Under the pieces are notes generated by a model that ran no database searches, was not told where the DNA came from, and was given only the letters and a program-made list of their open reading frames with translations. From the IMG/VR virus record IMGVR_UViG_3300020204_000044: a stretch of 64,000 nucleotides of DNA, one strand, 5' to 3'. This document shows positions 1-6,984 of this stretch, piece after piece; position 1 is the stretch's first letter, and each line of letters opens with the position of its first letter. The DNA comes from an uncultured virus (IMG/VR IMGVR_UViG_3300020204_000044) (taxonomy: Duplodnaviria; Heunggongvirae; Uroviricota; Caudoviricetes). A program made the translations under genes and the position numbers.

Positions 1-246
1 CTAGACGGCACTAGCATTTGGGACTACGACTATGCTAAACACGGCATGCAGGTTAATGTTACGCACATAGGCGTTACAGAATACGACGACGAAGACTGCA
101 ACAAAGCGATTTATGTTACGCACGACGCAGGCTGGCAAATTTACACAGACACAGGCTTTGAGGCTAGCATTAGTGCTGTGCTAGGCTTTACTGTTACGTT
201 TACAGAGCAGGGCATGCAAGAGGACGGACACGCTAGCATGGAGTAG
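1..246 (+). CDS. Hypothetical early protein, 5' end outside window
   Basis: Frame is open from base 1 (CTA GAC GGC ... LDGTSIWDYDYAKHG) into the ATG at 46 and on to TAG at 244-246; acidic, no Pro. Confidence 0.7.
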   Translation, partial: LDGTSIWDYDYAKHGMQVNVTHIGVTEYDDEDCNKAIYVTHDAGWQIYTDTGFEASISAVLGFTVTFTEQGMQEDGHASME

Positions 247-266
247 CACTACGCAACACAGCACAC

Positions 267-295
267 TTGACAATTTGAGTGTGCTGTGTTATACT
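267..295 (+). promoter_or_regulatory. sigma70-type early promoter embedded in a 13-bp inverted repeat
   Basis: TTGACA 267-272, 17-nt spacer, TATACT 290-295; arms AACACAGCACACT 255-267 and AGTGTGCTGTGTT 278-290. Confidence 0.85.
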
Positions 296-336
296 GTTTT
301 TGTTGTTAGTTAGTAAACAAACAAATAGGAGCGTAT

Positions 337-663
337 ATGCAAAACAAAGCAACAGACAAGCAGTTTACAGACATATTTGCTACGACACTTGCAAGTGTGC
401 AACAGTACATAGACTTTTGTAAACTGTGCAAAGTAGTAGACGCTGACTTAGACACAGCAGACTTAATTGCACAAGTAAACACGCACTTTGACGACGTAGC
501 ACATATTACTAGTGCGCTAGCAGAGTTTGCGCAGACTAAAAACATGCAAGACTTGCACACTAAAATTATGCGACAAGACACTTTTGTGCGCGAGTATTTT
601 ATAGACACATTGCAGTACATAGAGCAAAGTAAAAATTACACGGGCTACTGCGCCTGCTTGTAA
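337..663 (+). CDS. Hypothetical early protein
   Basis: 108-aa ORF, AGGAG Shine-Dalgarno just upstream, downstream of the promoter at 267. Confidence 0.8.
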   Translation: MQNKATDKQFTDIFATTLASVQQYIDFCKLCKVVDADLDTADLIAQVNTHFDDVAHITSALAEFAQTKNMQDLHTKIMRQDTFVREYFIDTLQYIEQSKNYTGYCACL

Positions 664-683
664 TATAAACGCAGTGTGCGCAT

Positions 684-703
684 GTTAGTGTGCGCACACT
701 AAC
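684..703. repeat. Perfect 20-bp palindrome GTTAGTGTGCGCACACTAAC followed by C-tracts
   Basis: Read directly; GCATGTTAGTGTGCGC (680-695) recurs at 2216-2231. Confidence 0.9.
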
Positions 704-738
704 CCCCCCAGACCCCCTGTTAAGCAGGCAAAAATTGG

Positions 739-767
739 TTGACAATTTGATTGGTCGGTAGTATACT
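739..767 (+). promoter_or_regulatory. sigma70-type early promoter
   Basis: TTGACA 739-744, N17, TATACT 762-767; context GGTTGACAATTTG...GGTAGTATACTAA. Confidence 0.85.
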
Positions 768-798
768 AATGACACTGGGACATTGAAAGGAGCGAACG

Positions 799-912
799 AT
801 GTTTAGACTTATCGGTATTGCCGCAGTCTTGTATGTGGGTTGGATCACCGGCATCATCCAGGCCACGCTGATCCTCATGGCCGCAGGGCTGACCACGATC
901 GCGGGGCTGTAA
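799..912 (+). CDS. Small hydrophobic membrane peptide (37 aa, not in ORF track)
   Basis: MFRLIGIAAVLYVGWITGIIQATLILMAAGLTTIAGL; AAGGAG SD upstream; TAATG overlap with the next start. Confidence 0.7.
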   Translation: MFRLIGIAAVLYVGWITGIIQATLILMAAGLTTIAGL

Positions 913-1130
913 TGCCTAGATATACATTCAGCCGCGCCTCTGTGATAGACGAGATCTTCACTGTGGATGCGGCTGATCTAGAGGCTGCACAGCAGATGGT
1001 CTACGATGGAGATCCTAAGGTCAAGATAGAACAGGGCGAGTGGATAGATTGGTATCACCAAGAATACACCCTGGAATCGGAGGAAGACGACCTAGTCACA
1101 TTCCTACGCACCAAGGATCGAATCGGTTGA
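912..1130 (+). CDS. Hypothetical acidic early protein (start moved to ATG 912)
   Basis: MPRYTFSRAS...; start coupled to the upstream stop by TAATG. Confidence 0.7.
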   Translation: MPRYTFSRASVIDEIFTVDAADLEAAQQMVYDGDPKVKIEQGEWIDWYHQEYTLESEEDDLVTFLRTKDRIG

Positions 1131-1155
1131 CAATTTGGCTCACAGGTAGTATACT
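1127..1155 (+). promoter_or_regulatory. sigma70-type early promoter, probably leaderless transcript
   Basis: TTGACA 1127-1132, N17, TATACT 1150-1155; ATG at 1162 only 6 nt downstream, no SD. Confidence 0.85.
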
Positions 1156-1161
1156 AAGAAC

Positions 1162-1386
1162 ATGATGACGTTAACCGCACTTAAATGGCTAGGCACTGGG
1201 TTTACCATCCTAGGCGCACTACTAACCAGCCTGGGCGACTGGGATCCCCTGAACGTGATCGCATTCAACCTGGGCGCGGGATTTTGGCTGTGGGCTAGCA
1301 TCCGTATGCGAGACTCTGCGCTGATAACCGTGAATGCTGTGTTGTTGACAATCTATGCGTTTGGTAGTATACTAAGATTACAGTGA
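1162..1386 (+). CDS. Small membrane protein (about 3 TM segments)
   Basis: 74 aa, three hydrophobic stretches. Confidence 0.75.
   Translation: MMTLTALKWLGTGFTILGALLTSLGDWDPLNVIAFNLGAGFWLWASIRMRDSALITVNAVLLTIYAFGSILRLQ
1345..1373 (+). promoter_or_regulatory. sigma70-type early promoter inside the upstream CDS
   Basis: TTGACA 1345-1350, N17, TATACT 1368-1373; same GGTAGTATACTAAG context as at 1145-1158. Confidence 0.8.
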
Positions 1387-1574
1387 ACGATAAGGAGCGA
1401 ACCGAAATGGACGACGTATTCGACGAACAGTTGGCACAGGAAGGCTACCGGGTCTGGGCAGTGGACGGGAAATTCCTGCTCATAGACGTGTTGGGCGAGT
1501 TCATAGACTCTGAGCACACCACCTTAGAGGCCCTGCGAGAGTACTGTGCCAAGAACGTGTTTACTTTCTACTAA
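1383..1574 (+). CDS. Hypothetical early protein (true start likely ATG 1407)
   Basis: AAGGAG SD precedes MDDVFDEQ. Confidence 0.65.
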   Translation: MNDKERTEMDDVFDEQLAQEGYRVWAVDGKFLLIDVLGEFIDSEHTTLEALREYCAKNVFTFY

Positions 1575-1776
1575 GGAGACTGGGATGAAGACTTCCTCAG
1601 CAGCGGCCATGGGCTTCCTGGGACTGCTCATGGTCATGGGCGCGGTGGGCGGCATGGAAGATCCTGCCAAGATGGACTATTTCGTGGAGCAACTGGCCAT
1701 AGCCCTAACAGGACTTGGTCTGATGTTCTGTGCGACGCTGGGCCTAGAGAATTCCCAGTACTGGGACCAAAGGTAA
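1546..1776 (+). CDS. Small two-TM membrane protein (true start likely MKTSS)
   Basis: TAAGGAG SD before the internal ATG; two hydrophobic segments. Confidence 0.65.
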   Translation: MPRTCLLSTKETGMKTSSAAAMGFLGLLMVMGAVGGMEDPAKMDYFVEQLAIALTGLGLMFCATLGLENSQYWDQR

Positions 1777-1780
1777 CGGG

Positions 1781-1996
1781 ATGATCACTATCACGGGACT
1801 CACTGAACTGCAGCGAGACATCGCTGATCGCTTGTGGGCATTGGACACCACGGAGGCGGTAGAGCAGTACATCTCCACGCTGCCCAAGTCGCTGCGGCGC
1901 CAAGCATGGGTGGTCCAGCAGATGATCATAGCAGCAGAACTAGACTCTTACATGGAGATCACGGATGAACTACACGATTATCTGCATAGCCGCTAG
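1781..1996 (+). CDS. Hypothetical early protein
   Basis: 71-aa ORF packed in operon. Confidence 0.65.
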   Translation: MITITGLTELQRDIADRLWALDTTEAVEQYISTLPKSLRRQAWVVQQMIIAAELDSYMEITDELHDYLHSR

Positions 1997-2165
1997 CCTA
2001 GTCCTAGTGCAGGGCTGTGCTACACGCGACCCACGCGATGCACCTTGGGATCCTCCACAGGGTCGGCTGCTGTTCGAGCAGATCCCCCCATGGGATGATC
2101 GTGCCCACAGGGTCTGCTGTGGCCACCTGAGGAGGTGTGAGCCTCACCAGTCACCGAGGTGCTGA
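1965..2165 (+). CDS. Putative small lipoprotein, Cys-rich C-terminus
   Basis: Hydrophobic N-terminus ending in a lipobox-like LVQG-C; RVCCGHLRRC...PRC tail. Confidence 0.55.
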   Translation: MNYTIICIAASLVLVQGCATRDPRDAPWDPPQGRLLFEQIPPWDDRAHRVCCGHLRRCEPHQSPRC

Positions 2166-2196
2166 GGGGTCTATGGTGGTGAGGGGTCTATGGTGG
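2163..2196. repeat. 17-bp tandem repeat x2 (TGAGGGGTCTATGGTGG)
   Basis: Copies at 2163-2179 and 2180-2196. Confidence 0.9.
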
Positions 2197-2345
2197 TCGA
2201 CCGGTATACAGCGTAGCATGTTAGTGTGCGCTAACTTAGGCTAGTGGTCTAAAATCACCACCCTGAAAACCTAAGTACTCCACCTAAATTTTTTGCGCGG
2301 CCAATTTTTTCCCCTGCAGGACCCATTTCAGCAGTAAATAGTCTT

Positions 2346-3236
2346 ATGACTACCTTACACACTTTCGGCTGTTCTATCACACAGGGTTTTGCCCTACCCG
2401 ATGTTGTACAGCCTTTAACTGATGATCAAGGCCGTGTGCTGCCAGGTTATCTAGCCTCTAATATGCTGGAGTCAGGTGAGGCACAATGGGAAGACATACA
2501 CGTATATGCACCTTCAAATCACGCTTGGCCTGCGGTCTTGGCAGCAAAGCTGGGCGTGCCAGTTAATAATCATGCTCGTCGTGGTGCCTGCTTTAATCAA
2601 ATCGCCCGCCAGTGTGCTGCCAATCAGGGCAGTATACAACCCCAAGACACAGTCATAGTCATGTGGACTTATCTGAGCCGTGTCAGCCTACAGTGGCCCG
2701 CTCGTACCGCAGTGCCATTCTGCAACATGGTAGATCCTGGTTGGGGTTGGACTAGCCGTATTTTACCAGGATTTAACAAGTTTTTTGGCTTGAGCAGATC
2801 ATCACCACGGTCCCAGGCACAAGACCAGGATCACTACACGTACATAGAATCTCGGGCTCGCTTGGCCTTGGATCCCAGATCAGTCTATGATCAATACCAT
2901 CAGAATCTAGTCACAGTGGTCACAGTGGATGGACTGCTGCGAAGCACAGGTGCTCGAGTCATACATCTATCAGTGGAAGTACAGCCATATATGGAGCAAC
3001 TGGTTCAGGCTCAGCGTGAGCTCGCCATTAATCTTCGTGAGTATTCTGCCATTCCTGATCCCTGTGAGTGGTACGCTGTCTCAGTAGATCACGCCTCAGC
3101 TAGAATCATACATGATCCTCGTATACCGCCCGCAGAAAACGACATGCACCCTTCGGTCACACATCACAGCAACTTCGCTGATCTGATCTATGATCGCTAT
3201 TTTACCGCTGACCGCTGCGCTGCTTCGCAGCCTTAA
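2346..3236 (+). CDS. SGNH/GDSL-like hydrolase or acyltransferase
   Basis: N-terminal FGCSIT, W-P motif, N.A..G block, C-terminal NDMHPS; TAAATA-N5-ATG upstream. Confidence 0.6.
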   Translation: MTTLHTFGCSITQGFALPDVVQPLTDDQGRVLPGYLASNMLESGEAQWEDIHVYAPSNHAWPAVLAAKLGVPVNNHARRGACFNQIARQCAANQGSIQPQDTVIVMWTYLSRVSLQWPARTAVPFCNMVDPGWGWTSRILPGFNKFFGLSRSSPRSQAQDQDHYTYIESRARLALDPRSVYDQYHQNLVTVVTVDGLLRSTGARVIHLSVEVQPYMEQLVQAQRELAINLREYSAIPDPCEWYAVSVDHASARIIHDPRIPPAENDMHPSVTHHSNFADLIYDRYFTADRCAASQP

Positions 3237-3271
3237 AAAATTTTTACGCTGCCCTTGGGAATATATACTAT

Positions 3272-3478
3272 ATGATTTGGGAAACTCCTACACGCAGCCT
3301 AGTTAAAACCGTTATCTATCGCGTATGGGTTTTGATCACTACTTATATAATGCTCTTAGTCACTGGACAGAGTCTAGAATCAGCACTCGTTCCCACTCTA
3401 GTTATTAATGCCATATGGATGACTTCATTCTACGTCTATGATCGTATCTGGGCCAGGATCTCCTGGGGGCGCAGATAA
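3272..3478 (+). CDS. DUF2061-like small membrane protein
   Basis: ETPTRSLVKTVIYR start and YDRIW..ISWG end. Confidence 0.65.
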   Translation: MIWETPTRSLVKTVIYRVWVLITTYIMLLVTGQSLESALVPTLVINAIWMTSFYVYDRIWARISWGRR

Positions 3479-3500
3479 ATACTTGACGAGGAGCAACGAT

Positions 3501-3689
3501 ATGGCCAATACCACGAAAAAAACCCTAGAAGACACCCGAGAAACAGAACGGCAGAATCAAGGTCGCGAACCAGAAGGTCGCGCACGAGTGATGCCCCAGC
3601 CCATGGGCAGTGATTTCAGTGACGTCACTGCCACACCCCATAATCCACAACAGTACGATCCCACCACGCAGGGACTGAGACCAGTTTAA
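3501..3689 (+). CDS. Hypothetical protein (start moved to ATG 3501)
   Basis: TAAATA 3476-3481 then GAGGAG SD before MANTTKK. Confidence 0.6.
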   Translation: MANTTKKTLEDTRETERQNQGREPEGRARVMPQPMGSDFSDVTATPHNPQQYDPTTQGLRPV

Positions 3690-3695
3690 TCCCAG

Positions 3696-4133
3696 ATGGA
3701 TCACAGTGTCCGCCAACAGTTCCAGCAGTTGGTAGAAGATCACAGCCAGGCAGTGGGTTTCGCAGCACCACAGAGTCTCAGAGACTATCTAGCTCTGATC
3801 TTGGCCGAACGCTTTGATCGCCCCGGATTCATACCCGAGCCCACGTTCGCAGAAGCCTATCTCAGGCTGTATTCTGCATACCGGCCCGGTGTCTATCGTG
3901 AGTTCGCTGATTCTACCTTGGTGTTCTGCAGCCTACTACCAGAATACGGTCAGCGCCGGGGCATCAGCAGGGACTACTATGCCAGTCTAGCCATATCTAC
4001 CTACTACAGTTTAGCCGATCTCGCACACGACGATCGCTACACCCAGTTGGGCAATTGGTTCTATACCTGCCAGGGTTTCCTCTGCAGCCTGCTGCATCCA
4101 CAAAGACACCTACGGTTAGTCGAACTGGACTAA
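3696..4133 (+). CDS. Hypothetical alpha-helical protein
   Basis: 145-aa ORF; LLPEY..RRG.S.DYY..LA.S.Y pattern resembles an uncharacterised bacterial family. Confidence 0.6.
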   Translation: MDHSVRQQFQQLVEDHSQAVGFAAPQSLRDYLALILAERFDRPGFIPEPTFAEAYLRLYSAYRPGVYREFADSTLVFCSLLPEYGQRRGISRDYYASLAISTYYSLADLAHDDRYTQLGNWFYTCQGFLCSLLHPQRHLRLVELD

Positions 4134-4140
4134 CTACTGG

Positions 4141-4710
4141 ATGATACATGACATCACTGATCTATTGTCACCGCAGATGGCTGCCTACATGCGAGAGAAG
4201 TTTTCCAGCCCTGAGATACCCTGGTTCTACCTACCTTTCACTGCCAATCCACAGGATCTAGGCTCGCTGCCCCAGTATGCGGGATCTTTCAGCCATCTGG
4301 TCTACAAAAACGATGAAGCAGCTTCACCATTGGCTGAAGCAGCCATACAGATCCTGATCACTGCCTGCGATCGCACTGGCCAAGATCTGCAGGAAGTCAT
4401 ACGCATACGGCTGGGGTTCAGCACACGCACACCCCGTCAGATACAGCACTCGCCGCATCGCGATCAGCAGTACCCGCATCGCGCAGGCATATGGTATCCC
4501 ATCACCTCATCGGGTGACACCGTGATCTTCGCAGAAACCGCTCCTAGCCGGCGCTACACCGAAGTCTATCGTAGATCTCCTGTAGCCAATTCGTGGATAG
4601 ATTTCCCCGGCGAGCACATGCATGCGTCTACCACTCCGGATCAGCATGAAACAAGGATCGTTCTCAACTACAACTACACGGTCCGAGGTGATCCCCCGGC
4701 GCCTCGATAA
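4141..4710 (+). CDS. Putative 2OG-Fe(II) oxygenase
   Basis: HxD (PHRD), GDTV, distal H (HMHAS) and RIVLNYN. Confidence 0.7.
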   Translation: MIHDITDLLSPQMAAYMREKFSSPEIPWFYLPFTANPQDLGSLPQYAGSFSHLVYKNDEAASPLAEAAIQILITACDRTGQDLQEVIRIRLGFSTRTPRQIQHSPHRDQQYPHRAGIWYPITSSGDTVIFAETAPSRRYTEVYRRSPVANSWIDFPGEHMHASTTPDQHETRIVLNYNYTVRGDPPAPR

Positions 4711-4798
4711 AAATCTGCGCTGTGCTCCGCAGAAAAAATTTTGCGCTGCGCGGATCGATTGACCACACCAGTGCTAAATACTTGACAAGGAGAAGTCT

Positions 4799-5005
4799 AT
4801 GAAAGCATGGAAGATCATGGCACGCAACACACGCACCCATATACGCATCCAAAAGCAGTTTCTAGACGGCTACGTGATCACTGATCGAGCGGTGGCCAAT
4901 CAAGAAGCGCAGAGATTCGCTCGAGCACAGGCAGATCGCAGCCGTGAGCCTTGGATCGCAGAAATCGCAGAGTACGAAGTGGGCTCTAGGCCCGGCGTTC
5001 AGTGA
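4799..5005 (+). CDS. Hypothetical protein
   Basis: TAAATA 4775-4780 and AAGGAG SD upstream. Confidence 0.65.
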   Translation: MKAWKIMARNTRTHIRIQKQFLDGYVITDRAVANQEAQRFARAQADRSREPWIAEIAEYEVGSRPGVQ

Positions 5006-5121
5006 TATAGATAGTTGACAGTTTCAGAGTTTTCTCTGTAGACAGCAGCACCATTCTTCAAGTGGAATCTACGGGCCATGTCTGTTTTTGGGCTCAGGGT
5101 CACGGAGGTCTCGATCTCGGG
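4999..5121 (-). pseudogene. 3' remnant of a malonyl-CoA-decarboxylase-like/GNAT phage protein
   Basis: Minus frame reads PEIETSVTLSPKTDMARRFHLKNGAAVYRENSETVNYLYH*; upstream in-frame TGA at 5158-5160 with no ATG before the motif. Confidence 0.55.
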
Positions 5122-5177
5122 GCGCCCTCGGCACCACGATCCCAGCGGAAAAAAATCTCAGATGATAATTACTAGAC

Positions 5178-6062
5178 ATGCCTACCATCTACGTTTTCGG
5201 TGATTCGTTCACTGTGCCCAATCAAATCTACTCCGGCGCATCCCTCCACGGACTTTATGCCAGCCCCGGCGAAAGCTGGCAGCAGGGGCAGCCTCGTCCC
5301 AAGACCGCGACCTGGATCAATCTAGTGGCTGCTGCGCTGAGCCAACAGCATCTAGATCTGGATCTGATCAATCACAGCCAGCACGGAGTAGCACAGGATT
5401 TCTGCTGGACCCAGATCAACAAGGCCATGCCAGTGATCAATCCCGATGACTACGTGATAGTGGCGGTCACGCATCCCAATAGATTCTGGTACATCCACGA
5501 ACATCCCAATCTGTCAAATCACCACATCATACACATTGACCAGTATCTGGAAAAAGAGCAGGCACAGGCCATAAAACTGTTCATGCAGCACATACAGCGG
5601 CCCGAACTGGACACTCTACACCAGACCAATCGCATGAAGAGCCTGGCCTACGAAGTGCTGAAACGAGGACTGCGCAGACCATTGATGATCAACTGTTTCG
5701 CCACGGATATCACAGAAGTTGACAGCATAGAAGAACTGGCCTGGGCCCAGGGCAATCTCTTCACTATACAGGCGCAGGAATATCTCCGAGGTAAAGACGA
5801 CAGTGCCAATTTTTTCAAAGGCATAGACTGCAGATACAATCATCTCTGCCTCAGCAATCACAGGATCTTGGCTGACAAGGTCGTCGCGGCTTTCACAGAA
5901 GGCGCGGTGGTCGATCTAGATCAGGGATTCTATCAAGGACTGTTGAAGGATGGCGTGCTAGATGACCTAGAGTTTTGCCAGAGAGAGTTGGACTGGGACA
6001 AGATGCAGTTCATCACACAGCAGCAACAGCAGCAAAAACGCACATGGATGAAATTGAGATAA
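5178..6062 (+). CDS. SGNH-like protein, tandem paralog 1
   Basis: FGDSFT motif, N.S..G block, DCRYNHL. Confidence 0.65.
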   Translation: MPTIYVFGDSFTVPNQIYSGASLHGLYASPGESWQQGQPRPKTATWINLVAAALSQQHLDLDLINHSQHGVAQDFCWTQINKAMPVINPDDYVIVAVTHPNRFWYIHEHPNLSNHHIIHIDQYLEKEQAQAIKLFMQHIQRPELDTLHQTNRMKSLAYEVLKRGLRRPLMINCFATDITEVDSIEELAWAQGNLFTIQAQEYLRGKDDSANFFKGIDCRYNHLCLSNHRILADKVVAAFTEGAVVDLDQGFYQGLLKDGVLDDLEFCQRELDWDKMQFITQQQQQQKRTWMKLR

Positions 6063-6063
6063 T

Positions 6064-6927
6064 ATGAGTAGATTATTCGTGATCGGAGACAGTTTTTCAG
6101 CCAGCCCAAAGAAAGGCGACGAAACCAAGAATTGGTGCAGATTGTTGGCAGAACGGTTGCATCAAGAAACCGGACGAGATATCACGCTGATCAACAACAG
6201 TCTGGTGGGAACCAGCCAAGAATGGTGCTGGACGCATCTGCAGATTTGGTTGAACTATGAAATGACTGCAGATGATTACCTGGTGATCTGCCTCACGCAT
6301 CCCAGCAGGGTATGGTTCTTGGATCACATGCCCGAAATGACCAATGCCAACATAATCGATCTAGATCGTTGGGTCACCAAAGAAGAAGCCAAAGCCATAG
6401 AACTCTATATCAGATACATACAGCGTCCCATGATAGATCTCATGAACGTCAATAACAGATTGGCCTATGTGGCCTATCAGACGCAGCGCAGATCTCTAAG
6501 GAAACCTTTGATCATCAAATGCTTCGATCAAGATTTGGATCAGGCCGTGGAATTCCCGGAACTTTTGATCGCTCAAGGATCTCTGATGTCAGACGTGCAG
6601 TATCATGAATTTGATGATCCCGAAGCAGAAAGAGAAAATAGATTTTGGCGAGGCATAGACTGCAGATATAATCATCTCTGCCTCAGCAATCACGAGATCT
6701 TGGTCCAGAAATTGCTGGACAGTTTTGTATCTGGACAGGCCCTGGATCTCCAATCTGGATTCCATAGGGCGCTATTGAAACCAGGGGCGCTGGATGATAT
6801 AGAATTCTGCCAGAGAGAACTGGACATGCAGACCAGGAAAAACAATCTCGAGAATACCGATAAATTCAAGCCTATCATACCTTGGGCCAAACGAGTGGGT
6901 GTCAAAACCGGCCAAATAGATGCCTGA
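6064..6927 (+). CDS. SGNH-like protein, tandem paralog 2
   Basis: IGDSFS, THPSR, IQRP and GIDCRYNHLCLSNH shared with the upstream gene. Confidence 0.65.
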   Translation: MSRLFVIGDSFSASPKKGDETKNWCRLLAERLHQETGRDITLINNSLVGTSQEWCWTHLQIWLNYEMTADDYLVICLTHPSRVWFLDHMPEMTNANIIDLDRWVTKEEAKAIELYIRYIQRPMIDLMNVNNRLAYVAYQTQRRSLRKPLIIKCFDQDLDQAVEFPELLIAQGSLMSDVQYHEFDDPEAERENRFWRGIDCRYNHLCLSNHEILVQKLLDSFVSGQALDLQSGFHRALLKPGALDDIEFCQRELDMQTRKNNLENTDKFKPIIPWAKRVGVKTGQIDA

Positions 6928-6930
6928 TCG

Positions 6931-6959
6931 TTGACAGATGTGATAAATTAGTGTATACT
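6931..6959 (+). promoter_or_regulatory. sigma70-type promoter for the BI-1 gene
   Basis: TTGACA 6931-6936, N17, TATACT 6954-6959; AAGGAG SD follows. Confidence 0.85.
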
Positions 6960-6984
6960 AGCAGTATCTTTAAAGGAGAATCAA

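Noticed and set aside
306..620. 104-aa minus-strand ORF
   Set aside because: Antisense shadow of 337-663, which has a promoter and SD. The lack of TCA on the + strand also removes TGA stops on the minus strand.
840..911. His/Arg-rich N-terminal extension of ORF 840-1130
   Set aside because: Out-of-frame reading of the 799-912 membrane peptide; the real start is the coupled ATG at 912.
2163..2196. Possible mini-CRISPR array
   Set aside because: Only two abutting 17-bp copies, no spacer, and no cas genes in the window.
6017..6037. Poly-Gln run (CAG/CAA) as a contingency repeat
   Set aside because: Short, mixed codons, in frame and at a protein tail; no evidence of phase variation.
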